DNA of 64,000 nt, taken from positions 7,592 through 71,591 of the IMG/VR virus record IMGVR_UViG_3300035703_000067; one strand, given 5' to 3'. The translations under genes were made by a program, and so were the position numbers. This stretch comes from a virus. Shown here piece after piece: positions 37,671 through 49,000 of the stretch (position 1 is the first letter of the stretch; each line of letters begins with the position of its first letter). The notes under the pieces are model-generated. The model worked only from the letters and a program-made list of their open reading frames with translations, had not been told where the DNA came from and did not search any database.

Positions 37671-38084
37671 ATGATCCTCGTTTACCGCCCTGAACTTGAA
37701 AATCCCCCGATGGATAAGGAGTGCACCATCGGGTTCTCGTTCGTTGGAGGTGGCGGCCTGTCCGAGCACATCCAAGTAGACGCAGGCGTTACCCGGGACT
37801 TCCCCGAGAACGTCTGGGAAAAGATCAAGGACTACGACGTGGTGAAAACCCTCCTCAAGCTCGGCGCTCTGCGCATCGAGACCGAGGACACAGAGACCAC
37901 CAAGCCCGCCGTGGAGGCCCCCAGCGATTCCATCGCTGATATGCCGATCGCCGTGGCACTCGAGTTGATCGAATCCTCCTTCGATGTGCAACAACTCGAT
38001 AAGTGGTCTGCCAAGGAGCAGCGCATCAAGGTCCGCAACGCCATCGCTAAGCGGATCCAAGCGATCACGGAAGGTAACGGCTGA
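37671..38084 (+). CDS. Hypothetical virion-assembly protein
   Basis: Position after MCP. Confidence 0.65.
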   Translation: MILVYRPELENPPMDKECTIGFSFVGGGGLSEHIQVDAGVTRDFPENVWEKIKDYDVVKTLLKLGALRIETEDTETTKPAVEAPSDSIADMPIAVALELIESSFDVQQLDKWSAKEQRIKVRNAIAKRIQAITEGNG

Positions 38085-38392
38085 TGGCAGCACCTTCCGC
38101 GACTGAATTCCTCACTCGTTACCCGGAGTTCTCTGAAATTCTGAGTGATGTAGTCGAGGGCGCCGTCGCGGAAGCTGCCCTCTCCACTTCAGAAACTCTC
38201 TGGAGTGGTCAATACACCAAAGCTGTCCTTCTCCTCGCTGCCCATCTCTTGGCCGGGCGCACGATGCAAATCGGCGCACAGGTTGGTTCTCCCACCGGTA
38301 ACCCCACCGGCACCGGGCTCGACGCCACCCAATACGGCCAGGAGTACAAGCGCCTGCTCGCCACCCTCCCTTTGTCGGGATTTGCGCTGTAG
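38084..38392 (+). CDS. Head-tail adaptor (DUF4054-like)
   Basis: FLTRYPEF...LLAAHLL...TQYGQEY. Confidence 0.8.
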   Translation: MAAPSATEFLTRYPEFSEILSDVVEGAVAEAALSTSETLWSGQYTKAVLLLAAHLLAGRTMQIGAQVGSPTGNPTGTGLDATQYGQEYKRLLATLPLSGFAL

Positions 38393-38394
38393 CC

Positions 38395-38790
38395 ATGGCC
38401 ATCGCACCCGAGACCATCGCCACCTACGCCCCCTGGGGTAATGCCCAACTGGCGTTCGAGGTGGGCACCACATCCATTACGGATGACCCCGCGACCGGCA
38501 ACCCGGTCCAGGGCACTGAAGTTCTCGAGTACTTGGCCGCGATCACGTTGGACGCCCCCAACTGGCAACCCCAGGCGGGAGTTGACAACACGACCTACAG
38601 CTGCCGAGGGCGTCTCCTGACACCCGCGACATTCGACAGTCGCATCACGAACGGCTCGCAAGCCGAAGCCACCATCAACGGTGCCTACGGCCGCTTCGAG
38701 CTGACCTTCGATCTGGCGATGGATGCGTTCCACCGCCGGGATTTACGCCAAGCCTTCCAAGGCACATTCCGCGTGAACGGAGGGATGTGA
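38395..38790 (+). CDS. Putative head-closure protein
   Basis: Synteny and size. Confidence 0.55.
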   Translation: MAIAPETIATYAPWGNAQLAFEVGTTSITDDPATGNPVQGTEVLEYLAAITLDAPNWQPQAGVDNTTYSCRGRLLTPATFDSRITNGSQAEATINGAYGRFELTFDLAMDAFHRRDLRQAFQGTFRVNGGM

Positions 38791-39158
38791 TGGCACAACG
38801 CGAGCTCGACAAACAACTCGAAGCCGCCGTCACTAAGGCGCTTCGTCAAACATCGCTGTACCTGGACGCCCGCTTCACCGAGGAAATCTCGGCCGTGAAG
38901 TGGGACTTCCCAAGCCCGCCCCAAGTGCGGGACATCGTGGACACAGGGCGTCTACGCGCAAGCCAGACGCGAGAGCAGAACTCCGATGGCACGGTGACAT
39001 TCACCTGGCCAGTGGAGTACGCCACCGAAGTCCACGAGGGCGGCGTTGGCCTCAACGGCCAGCGATTCCCCGGTCGTCCATGGACCAAGGCCCCTCTCGA
39101 GGAGCTTCCGGCCAAGTTCGGCCAATACCTCAAGGCCGCCATTGAGGAACAGCGATGA
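38790..39158 (+). CDS. Neck / tail-completion protein (HK97 gp10-like)
   Basis: VDTGRLRAS, EYATEVHEG, PGRPW. Confidence 0.8.
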   Translation: MAQRELDKQLEAAVTKALRQTSLYLDARFTEEISAVKWDFPSPPQVRDIVDTGRLRASQTREQNSDGTVTFTWPVEYATEVHEGGVGLNGQRFPGRPWTKAPLEELPAKFGQYLKAAIEEQR

Positions 39159-39628
39159 CCATCAGCACGAACTGGCCCCCTGTCACGCTGCTACGCAGCA
39201 CGATCGAGAAGTACATCCTCGATCTGTACACGACAAGCGGAACGCTCAAGCCCTACACCCAGTGGCCTGGGTACTACACCCTCCCCAACAACAATCGCCG
39301 CCCTGCGGTGTACGTCGTTGGAGCCCAGATGGTGCCTTCCAACTGGAAGATCACGGGGATTGAGTGCACAATCCAGGACGTGCCTGAGGACATCACGTCC
39401 CCGGGGTCGGTGAACGGCGTCATCTCTTTCGAGAGATGGCTGGTTCGTTTCACGAACTACGGGACCAAGGCGGGCACAAAGATGCCGGTTTCCATGCTGG
39501 ACATCCGCCGCCGTCTCGCGAGGGCGTTTCCCCGCGATCAGACGACGTACATGCCCCGCACAGAGGCCACCTTCGAGGCCCTTACAGCCCGAATTCTCGG
39601 CGCTGTCCAGAACCCACCCATTCCCTAA
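39155..39628 (+). CDS. Putative tail terminator
   Basis: Synteny directly before the tube gene. Confidence 0.55.
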   Translation: MTISTNWPPVTLLRSTIEKYILDLYTTSGTLKPYTQWPGYYTLPNNNRRPAVYVVGAQMVPSNWKITGIECTIQDVPEDITSPGSVNGVISFERWLVRFTNYGTKAGTKMPVSMLDIRRRLARAFPRDQTTYMPRTEATFEALTARILGAVQNPPIP

Positions 39629-39640
39629 GGAGAAGGCATC

Positions 39641-40258
39641 ATGGCCGACTACGCCATTGGTCTTTCGTTTCACAAGGCCCACCGCACCCTGGTGCGGGTG
39701 GTTCCCCTGACCCCTCCCAACCGCTACTTCGCCTCGCGCAACGCGCAGGGCGTCATCACGCTGCCCACCTTGGCATCAGGAGACTCCTACAAGGTGATCT
39801 CCGGTGTAAGCCAGTGCTCCTTCCAGATCAACGACAACAACCAAGAGTTTCGACTCCTGGGCGATGACGGCTGGAGCGACAGCGTAATCACTGGCGCTTC
39901 GGTGCAAGCCTCGGTGACCACCTACTTTATGAAGGACATCGACGCTCCTGGTGAAGGCGACGTCAACCCGACCTTCAAGGGTGACTACGACGAGGGCTTC
40001 GACTCGATCCAGCGCTGCCGCTACGACAAGAACTTCGAGGTCTACTTCGAGTTCATGAAGGAGCTCGGCCGTGCCGATGGCGACACCGGCAACTGGATCT
40101 ACGACTTCGCCGGCTTCAACGCCTGCATCCAGAACTACCAGGAGCAACTCTCCGCCGAGGGTCTCACCGAAATCAGCTTCGACCTGATGTCGCGTGGTCG
40201 CCCGGTCTTCGGCAAGTACGACGCCGGCGCAAACCCCCTGTCGTTCTCTGAGTTCTGA
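39641..40258 (+). CDS. Major tail tube protein
   Basis: Strong RBS; DDGWSDSVITG, EGLTEISFDL.SRG.P. Confidence 0.75.
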   Translation: MADYAIGLSFHKAHRTLVRVVPLTPPNRYFASRNAQGVITLPTLASGDSYKVISGVSQCSFQINDNNQEFRLLGDDGWSDSVITGASVQASVTTYFMKDIDAPGEGDVNPTFKGDYDEGFDSIQRCRYDKNFEVYFEFMKELGRADGDTGNWIYDFAGFNACIQNYQEQLSAEGLTEISFDLMSRGRPVFGKYDAGANPLSFSEF

Positions 40259-40312
40259 TCACCGGTTCAGGAACCGGTCGCTACCACACCCGTCCCGTAG
40301 GGAGGAGACACC

Positions 40313-41800
40313 ATGGCCGACTTTTCCAGAGGAGGCGCCTTTCACAAGGCGCACCGCACGCTCATCCGCGCCGTGGAGCCCTCCTCCCCGAGGACGTTTA
40401 CCAGCACGGTGGACGCCAACGGCTTCATCACGCCCCCCGCTCTGGGCGAAGCCGAGTACTACGTCGACATGCAGGGCATCTCCCAGATGTCCATCCAGGT
40501 CAACGACAACAACCAAGACATCCGTGTGTTAGCCGACTCCGGCTGGACGGATGGTGTCGTGATTTCGTCCTCGATCACCGTCTCGGTGACGAGCTACTTC
40601 ATGCGAGACCTCCAGTACGTGGAGAGTTGGGCACCCGGCGTGGTCGCCGACGTCCCTGCGATGGACGACTACAAGAACGCCGCGATCGCCTGCTACATCC
40701 CCGATCGCACGAGCGGCGCCTGGGAGCGCGGCTTCAGCCTGATCGCCAAGGCGCGCTACGAGAAGGACATCGGCCGCATTGTCCACGACCCCAAGATCCG
40801 CAACAACCGGATCTACATCGAGATCCTCAAGGAGATCGGTCACGCTGATGGCACCCCCAACAGCGACCTCATCTACGACTTCCTTGGTTTCGAGGCTGTG
40901 GTCAGCAACTACTCCGAGAACGAGAACGCCGACGGTCTCACCGAGGTGAGCTACGACCTGATCAGCGTGGGTACGCCCTCGGTGGGCAAATACACCGAAG
41001 GCACCGAAGCTCCGAAATTCGTGGACGTGTGGACGTACAGCGACTTCCGGGACGCGATCACCAAGGAATCCATCTGTCGCTTCGGCCCCGACTACACGGC
41101 CATCGTCGCCAACACGACCCCGAGTGCGGGCGTGCTCAACGCTCGTTACAACAACGTAACGGGCCAGCTGTGGATGCAGCTCTCCGGCGTGTCGCACATC
41201 GGTGTGGGGCGCATCGTGCGGCTGTACGCGCTGACGTTCAGCTACTTCCAAGACGACGCTTACAACAGCGACTACTTCCCGATGCCTGGTGCCACCACAG
41301 ACTTCCAGGTGCTGGAGGTCAAGGACCGGGACGTGCGCTCCTACGGCGTACAAAACGCCACGTACAACAACGTAACCGGTGTAGCCACACTCACGCTCGA
41401 GTCGACTGCAACGATAAGCGTGGGCGACTACATCGGTGTACGCGACCTTAAGTTCAGCCGCCTTGTAAACGGCCAGCCCCTCGTGGATCTGCTCCCTGAG
41501 GAGACCGCACACTCGATGGTCCAAGTGTTGAGCCTCTCTGGGCAGACCATCACGGTGAACCTCGGAAGCCGACCTGACACATACACATACGCAGGTGAAG
41601 GCCGCATCGAGCTCGGTCCCCTGATGCGCATCAACTTCGGAACCTCGACTTCAGAGCGCTACTACATCAATGGCGGCTCTGTGACCGTGGTAGGCCCCCT
41701 CGAGCTCAATGGAGTCTTGACCAACGCCACCGGAGCCACCCTGAGCTACAACAACGCCGACGTGAAGCCCCGCTCTTCCAGCGTGTACGCCATCGCCTAA
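40313..41800 (+). CDS. Tail tube paralog with C-terminal beta-rich decoration domains
   Basis: N-half paralogous to 39641 (FHKAHRTL, NDNNQ, GLTEVSYDL); two YNNVTG domains. Confidence 0.75.
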   Translation: MADFSRGGAFHKAHRTLIRAVEPSSPRTFTSTVDANGFITPPALGEAEYYVDMQGISQMSIQVNDNNQDIRVLADSGWTDGVVISSSITVSVTSYFMRDLQYVESWAPGVVADVPAMDDYKNAAIACYIPDRTSGAWERGFSLIAKARYEKDIGRIVHDPKIRNNRIYIEILKEIGHADGTPNSDLIYDFLGFEAVVSNYSENENADGLTEVSYDLISVGTPSVGKYTEGTEAPKFVDVWTYSDFRDAITKESICRFGPDYTAIVANTTPSAGVLNARYNNVTGQLWMQLSGVSHIGVGRIVRLYALTFSYFQDDAYNSDYFPMPGATTDFQVLEVKDRDVRSYGVQNATYNNVTGVATLTLESTATISVGDYIGVRDLKFSRLVNGQPLVDLLPEETAHSMVQVLSLSGQTITVNLGSRPDTYTYAGEGRIELGPLMRINFGTSTSERYYINGGSVTVVGPLELNGVLTNATGATLSYNNADVKPRSSSVYAIA

Positions 41801-42033
41801 TGCAGTGCGATCTACTCACTGATTCTAACAAGTTAATCTACGCAATAAACTGCACAATCGAACGCGACTACGTTCACGTGGGTGCCCTGTACGCCGAGCC
41901 CGGGATTACGGACTTCGCTATACGCTTATCGGATAGCGACGCTAATGTGCTGGTAGAGCTCCCAGTCGATCTGGTCCACCAGAGCGCCTCAACCCGAGCC
42001 TGGAACATCACATTGCAACGAGCCACGCAATGA
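41800..42033 (+). CDS. Hypothetical protein
   Basis: Coupled ORF. Confidence 0.6.
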   Translation: MQCDLLTDSNKLIYAINCTIERDYVHVGALYAEPGITDFAIRLSDSDANVLVELPVDLVHQSASTRAWNITLQRATQ

Positions 42034-42542
42034 GCAAATACGCATCACTTCTCTTCGGCCCTGAAAAGTACTACGAGGTCGGACCATTCCGCTTCCCGAT
42101 TTACAAGGATCTCGTGCCGGGGGAGTCCAGAGGTATAGAAAACATTTCCAGAAGTCAATCAAAGTACACATTTAAGTCGATTAAACTAGCACAGAAGATA
42201 GCAAAAGATAAAAACATTACAACTAAAGAAGCTATTGACATGCTCGCCAACACGAGCGACGAAGACCAAACCACATTCTTTGACTACGCCAGCGAAATAG
42301 AAGAGCTGCAAGAAATTGCTATAAGCGCAACAAGCCAAAAAGTCATGTTAGTATCATTATTCATGAAGTACAGGGGTGAGGTCAAGCTGCCAAAATCAAA
42401 AGAATGGACTAAAGTACCAGACTGGGCCGAAGAAGATACAGAGAATATCCCAGGAAAAGTACTAGATAAGATTGTGGAGTTTATTGAGTGGGAGCGGGAA
42501 GGTTGGCCCACAACCGACGCTGAAGCGGGAAACGAGGAGTAG
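42030..42542 (+). CDS. Tail assembly chaperone (gpG-like)
   Basis: Lies before the tape measure; ends GCG GGA AAC GAG GAG TAG with slippery GGGAAAC at 42527-42533. Confidence 0.8.
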   Translation: MSKYASLLFGPEKYYEVGPFRFPIYKDLVPGESRGIENISRSQSKYTFKSIKLAQKIAKDKNITTKEAIDMLANTSDEDQTTFFDYASEIEELQEIAISATSQKVMLVSLFMKYRGEVKLPKSKEWTKVPDWAEEDTENIPGKVLDKIVEFIEWEREGWPTTDAEAGNEE

Positions 42543-43006
42543 CAGACAAAGAGGTAGAGCTTTCACCTGAACAAAGTCTGCAGCAAGCGGAGAGCATACT
42601 CAAGGCAGGTCTAACGAATTGGGATGAGTTGTACGTCAGAATAAAGAGCTCACCTCTTGGTGCAGAGTATAATAGAGATTCATTTGTACGTACTCCCATA
42701 GGTGTGCTCAGAGAGTTGATGGAGCATATAAGCAGTGAGGAGCAACGCTGTGCGAACATAAATTCAATAACACAGGCTCACCTTGCTGTATTGGTAATAA
42801 CTATTGCTCACGGGCTTTCAGGGTCAAGGCGAAACCCACCGAAAGTCAAAGCAAACGAGTTTTTACCGTTCCCAGACTGGAGACCAAATGAAGAAGATAA
42901 ACCACAGCTTGATCAGTTCACAAGACAGACACTTACTAAGCTAATTAAAGGAAGACGCATACCTATGCACGTATTCGTAGCGCTTCTATCCCTGCCCGAG
43001 GACTGA
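42527..43006 (+). CDS. Tail assembly chaperone -1 frameshift extension (gpGT-like)
   Basis: -1 frame open from the slippery site to 43006. Confidence 0.75.
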   Translation, partial: GKRGVADKEVELSPEQSLQQAESILKAGLTNWDELYVRIKSSPLGAEYNRDSFVRTPIGVLRELMEHISSEEQRCANINSITQAHLAVLVITIAHGLSGSRRNPPKVKANEFLPFPDWRPNEEDKPQLDQFTRQTLTKLIKGRRIPMHVFVALLSLPED

Positions 43007-43052
43007 AGCTAACCTGTGCCTATGACACCCACCCGAGACCGAGGGGCGTAAA

Positions 43053-46000
43053 ATGGCCGACAGTGGATATCGCATAAGAGTCACAGCTGATACTAAAGAT
43101 GCAGCAGAGAAGTTAAGCGCTGTAAAAGGCGAGCTAAGAACTATAACAGAAAAGGGGCATGACATACGGCTGAATCTTGATGCCAATGCGATAAGGCGAT
43201 CGACAGAGAGTAGTAGAGAAATAGCGCAAAACTTAGCTCAGAGCAAGGCTTCACTTCAACAAGCTAGTGGCATAAACGTAGCTACGAACAGCTTGGCAGG
43301 TGCTGCCACACTTGCTACTACCTTTTACGGTCTACGAAAAGATTTTAAGGGGCTTAATCAAGACTTAGGAAAAGCAGTTAGTAAAACGAATATATCCGAG
43401 TTTATGCGTACAAATGAGTTTTTAGACAGAGTAGTTGAGAATGGTCGCGGAAAAACGAAAGAAATCGCAGAGATATACCAAAATGTACGAGAGCTGCCAG
43501 GCTCAGATGCAGTATTAGGGCCTGTTGAGAACTTTGCTAGGGCAAAAGCATGGGAGACCTATGGCTCCGCGATAGCTCAGCAGACGGTCAATGCGGCAAA
43601 ACAGGGCGTAGTAGCCAGCCTAGAAGCAACTAAAGACTTCTTTTATGGCGATGTAATAAAAGAAATGAATAGTGGTATTAGTAGCACTATAGATACACTC
43701 GCACGCTTAGGTTTAGCTATCCAAGGAGTTCAACTGCTTGTAGGTCCGCTAGCAGCAGCGTGGGGAGCGGCGTTTGACGCCATTATTGGTCAGAATGTAA
43801 GACTGCAGCAGACTATTCTTTCGACACAGACTACACTTGCATCTACTGGTCGTATTATCGATCAAGCTACAGGACAAGAATTAACAGATCCGCTGGAGAA
43901 GATAAATGCACTAGGTCCGTCAATAACAAAGGCAATCGATAATATACGCATACGCTCACTAGATTTGGCAGGTGTTACATCACAACAGATAATCGATATA
44001 TTTGGCGTAGTATCAACATCCATAGCTCAAGTAAATGGTGATATTAAAGATGCAGAAGATCTCTCGATAAGCTTCACGGCAGCATTGGGCACATTAGGTA
44101 TTCCTTTCTATCAAGCGAGGCAAGAGATTGGATCTATACTAGGCGGTTACATAACCGAAGACTCTTTACTCGCAAAAAGATTGCAGATATCGAATCAGGA
44201 TATTGCAAAAGCCAAGGGTAACATTGATGGTGTAGTCGGATACTTGAAGAAAAAACTAGAAACAGCTGTAGCCGGTCAAGCGCTGCAAGCCAAAGGCTTC
44301 GCAGGTGTAACCTCGAACATCGCCGAGGTATTTGAAGTCATTGCGCAGAAAATAGGCGCACCCTTACTCAAACCGTTAATCGACGGCTTGACGCTTGTTT
44401 ACAATGGACTTTCCAAGATTCAAGGCATTGTAAGCGAAGTTGGGGAATATATAAGCAAAACTATAGCCAAGACAATATACAGCATAGCCAACATATTCTC
44501 ATCATCTAGAGTGCTCGGTAACATTGGTAAAAGACTAAATGAGATAGGGAAGCCGTTCCAAGAAATGCGGCGCAACGCAGAGTTAGGACTGAGTGACGGG
44601 GTCACAAACCTGTTAGGTGCCTGGATGTCCGGCGCGAAAGAAGTGCCCAAGGTAATGGAAGGCGTTGTGCAGGCTATGCGCAGCCTGACAGCATTCCTGG
44701 CCCTACAAGTAGAACTCGTAACTCGTCCCATCTTAGACATGCTCGATATGACGCGAGAGCGTCTATCAGGTGCGGAAGGTGTGGTGCAGGCACTATCCAG
44801 ATCCCTGCAGTTTGTATTCTTTGAAGGCATGGACGCCTTCACACTTGGTTGGGACACTCTAGAGTCCACAATTAAGTTTGGGGCAGAAGCTTTAACAAAG
44901 TTTGGAGCTGCATTGATTAAGCTCAAGATAACTGAACTCACATCTCAGATTAGAGCTGCTGCTAAAGTTTTTGAGTTATTCGGTAGTCTAGTCCTAGGAA
45001 AGATAAACCTTGCCTTTGCCTTCTTTAACACAGTTGCAGACGTACTCTCAAGTGATTTCGCTCAAATAATACTAAGCATAACAGCTATAAATAAAGTCCT
45101 TAATGATACAGAGACATTCGGTCTTAAAGGTTTAATCCAGTGGGGCCTCCAGGCTCGAGTGATGTTCCAGAAATTAACAGAAGATGCGATGCTATTCGTA
45201 AAGGGATTTAGAGATAGCGCAAATATGGAGAGTTTGCTCGCCAATTCAAAAAAAGAGTGGGATAAGTTATTGGGGCTTACTGCGGACCCCGGGGACGCTA
45301 AAGGACTAAAAGAGCAGCTTAGTAATCTAAAAGCCTTCAAAAAAGAAATGGCGAAAGGAGGTGCTGGAGAAGAAGCTCTGAAACGGTATTCGGAAGAGAT
45401 AGATAAAGTAGGAACACGCTTACAATATGCACAGAAGGAATTGAAGGGATTAGATAGGGTCAACCAAATACAAGCAGAGACCAGAGTATTAGAACAGCAG
45501 TTAGTCACATATCAAAAACTGGCGCGCGAAGCTCAGTTTGCTGGAGCGGGAACAGCAAAAGCAATGGAAGACTATACAGAGAAGATTGCTACAGCTACTA
45601 AACGTCTTGAGACTCTGCGTAAGGAAGCAGAAAGTCTTACGCGCATGCAAAAAATAGGAGGAGCGGCGAAGCAGTTCCTCGGGATGGACGATGCGGCCCT
45701 CCAAGCAGCGCGCAAAGCCGCCGAGAACGCAAGCACCATGGCCGCCGGTGCAGCGAGCGCGAAAGCATTGGAAGGCGCTATGGAAGCGCTACGTCTCAAA
45801 CTGGGGATGACAAAAGACGAATTCAATTCATTAGGGGGAGTCGCTAGAGCTGCTGGAGAATCACTCAAACAATTCATCACAACAACTATATTAGTTAACG
45901 TCGTATTTACTGCGATTACACTGGCATTAAGCGCATATTTTACTTGGCTTCAAAAAGTCGAAGAAGCAGAGACAAGGCGTCGTAGATCTGCTGAAGCTAT

Positions 46001-49000
46001 GGCAGTAACTAATAAAGTACTGGCGAGTGGTTACCAATCAATAATCCGAGCTGCCGAGGGCGGTGATATAGCCTCGCAGCGATTGTTGGAGACTCAGCGC
46101 GAAGTAATACAAAATCAGATTAGTGCTGAAACAACCCGATTGCGTCAGCTCCAAGACGAATACGCAAAGAGAAATGATAAGCTTTTCTTACGCAAGGCTC
46201 AAGTAGAAGCGTATAACAGGCTTGGAACAGATGACTTGATTACTAGCATGCAAAAAGCCGCCGCCGAAGGGCGAATCAATGCCTTAACAAAAGAACAAAC
46301 CAAAAACAAGAAAGAGCAAGCTGAAATAAACCGACGTATATACAAAGAGCAAGAAGCTCTAGCAAAGCTAAATATGGAAGCAGCTCAAGTGAAGCAATAT
46401 GACGTGCTAAGCGAGCGGCGCAAAGATCTAGAGGACAAAATAGCCGAGCAGCGTAAAGAGCTAGAAAAGGAGTTAAGAGATATTGAGTTTCAAGCAAGAA
46501 TGGAAGTTCTTTCACTTGAGGAATCAAAGAGAAAAGAGATGATTGAACAGCAGAAACGTGCAATGGAGCAGCAATTCCAGATACTAATAAATACTTCCAC
46601 AGAGCAAGAAGCTGCCATACTTAAGACAACACAACAGTACGAACAAGCACTGTTGAGTGCTGTTGACAATGAGGAGAGCAGGAGGTCGCAGCTCACACAA
46701 AAACAAATGCAACTGCGTAAAGAAATAGAAGACTACGCCTGGAAGCTAGCAAAAGATAAAGTCGCTCTCGAGAAGCAGATTGGTGGGTACAAGAAACAGA
46801 TGGAAGAGTACTACAACAAGCAAAATCTATTGCGCGGAAAACAGATGGTCGAGGACGCCCGCAAAGCTGAGCGAATCCTCAACGCCTTCTGGCAGCCGAC
46901 GAACGAAGAGGAACGCCAGCAGTTTCAGAATCTGACTCAAAGCGAGAAAGGAGGTAAGCCGATTAACACTGCAGATACTATGCTCGCGCTGCAAGTACTA
47001 GACAAACAAGACCTGCGGATATCGTCAAATGACTCTATTGAAAAGATCGTATTTACGGTAAAAGCCCTTAGAGACAGTATGGAGAAAAGAGGTCAAACTT
47101 TTAATAGTGAGACTCTAGCAAAGATGACGGGATATGACATAAGTGAAGCCAATAAAGCAGTTTTTGAAGCTCTTAGAAGAGAAGCCGTAGAATTAACCCA
47201 GACTGGAAAGTATTACACCAAACCAGATCCCAATGCTCTTAAGCAACCAAATCTGAATATAGATTATGCGGGCATGGAAGCAAGTAGAGCTAAGGCCAGT
47301 GAATCCATTTTAGCCGCACAAGCGGACCTCAATGCGGCACAACAAGCAGGAGACACTCAACGTATACAACTAATACTTGACAACATAAGAAAGGATATCT
47401 CTGTATACACAAAGGTAAAAAGAGACTACACGTCTGCACTGGAGACTCTAGACACTCAACTAAAGTCCTTATACAGAGGAATTAGTGAGTTTGGGTCTAG
47501 CACCACTTTGATGAATAACGAACTAGAAAATATCGACCAGCAGCTAAGAAACGACATTAGGGGTTTCTTTGCTTCAAAGAAGTACATTACAACCGATGAA
47601 GTAAACGATATAGCGGACACGCTAAGCAAAGGCGGACGGATCAAGACAAACGTCAAGATACCGCAAACAGACTTAAATTTTATTAACGCACTCTTTGCGC
47701 GAGCACAGAACGCCAAAAGCGTTGTTAGAGAGAATTTCCCTGTGGCTACTGCCTCAGATGAACTAAGCAAGGCCGTGGCAAAGCTTACGGAAATTATGTC
47801 GCCAGAAAAAGTGAGGGAGCAGCAATCAAATCTGCTTGTCGACGCAATGGCGCAGTTCCAAGAGCTAACAAAGTCAATGAATGAAACAGGTAAATACTCT
47901 CTCCAAGCTGTAATCAACGAAATCCGGCAAAACGTACAGTCCCAATCAATCGGAATACTAGGTCAAATGCCCAATGCAACACCCGAAACGCAAAAGGTTA
48001 TTAACGACTTAATGCAGGCTTACGCAGGACATTTAGTGGCCGTAAACACGGCTATGGACCCGATGCGGAGGGCGATAGAGGATTTCTCTAACCGTCTAGC
48101 AGCAGCAAGCCGTGCGACAGACACATTATTCGGCGCATTTAAAACATTCACTCAATCAGCAATATCAAATATGACGGAGCTAGATCAAGCGGTCACGCAA
48201 TTCGGTGAGACCATCAGCCAAGAATTCACATCACAATTCTTAGACTATGCTCTGGCTCCGCTGAGAGAGCAAATAAAGTCACAAATGCAAAGACTCTTTG
48301 GGGTGCAGAGCGCACAGGAAAGGGCCAATCAAGCACTCATACTGTCTCAAAACGGAATTGTAGTGTCTAATGAGCAATTAAAGAATGCAATAGTGGCTTT
48401 AACAACTAAAGTCGGCCAAGCACCTGCCCCCAATGGTACAACATCACCCAACCCAACTCCTCCAGGCCCAGTAACAGTACCGGTCATACCTCATAACGAA
48501 TCTGGCGCACAAACAGATGGTTTACAAAAGGCGCATGACGAAGCCTTAAAGAGTGCTACTGATAACCTCAACAAAAGTGCAGAGCAAACAGACGATTCCA
48601 ACAAGAAGAATTTCGACTTCGGCAAAGCCCTCTCCGGTGCAACCCAAGCCTTCGGCGCCATCGCCATGGGCATCGGAGGCGCTCAACAGATGGGCAAAGG
48701 TGGCACCTACAACACCCTGATGGGGCTAGCCAGCATCTTTGGCGCCCTCGGCTCGATCACCGGCATGTTCGGCACCGGCGGCATCTTCGCTGCCAAACCA
48801 AGAGCATCCGGCGGCCCCATCAAGGCAAACCGCCCTTACCTCGTCGGCGAGATCGGCCCCGAGCTTTTCATGCCGAACTCCGACGGCGAGATTGTCTCCA
48901 ACGCCAAGTCCCGCAAGCTCCTAAGCGCCGCCGCCCTCGCGGGCAAGACCCAGACGTTCTCCACAAACGTCAACTCCCGGCGCAACGCAAACCCTGCCCA

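Noticed and set aside
42527-42533. Tail chaperone frameshift as a novelty
   Set aside because: Well-known conserved feature of long-tailed phages; listed as a feature only.
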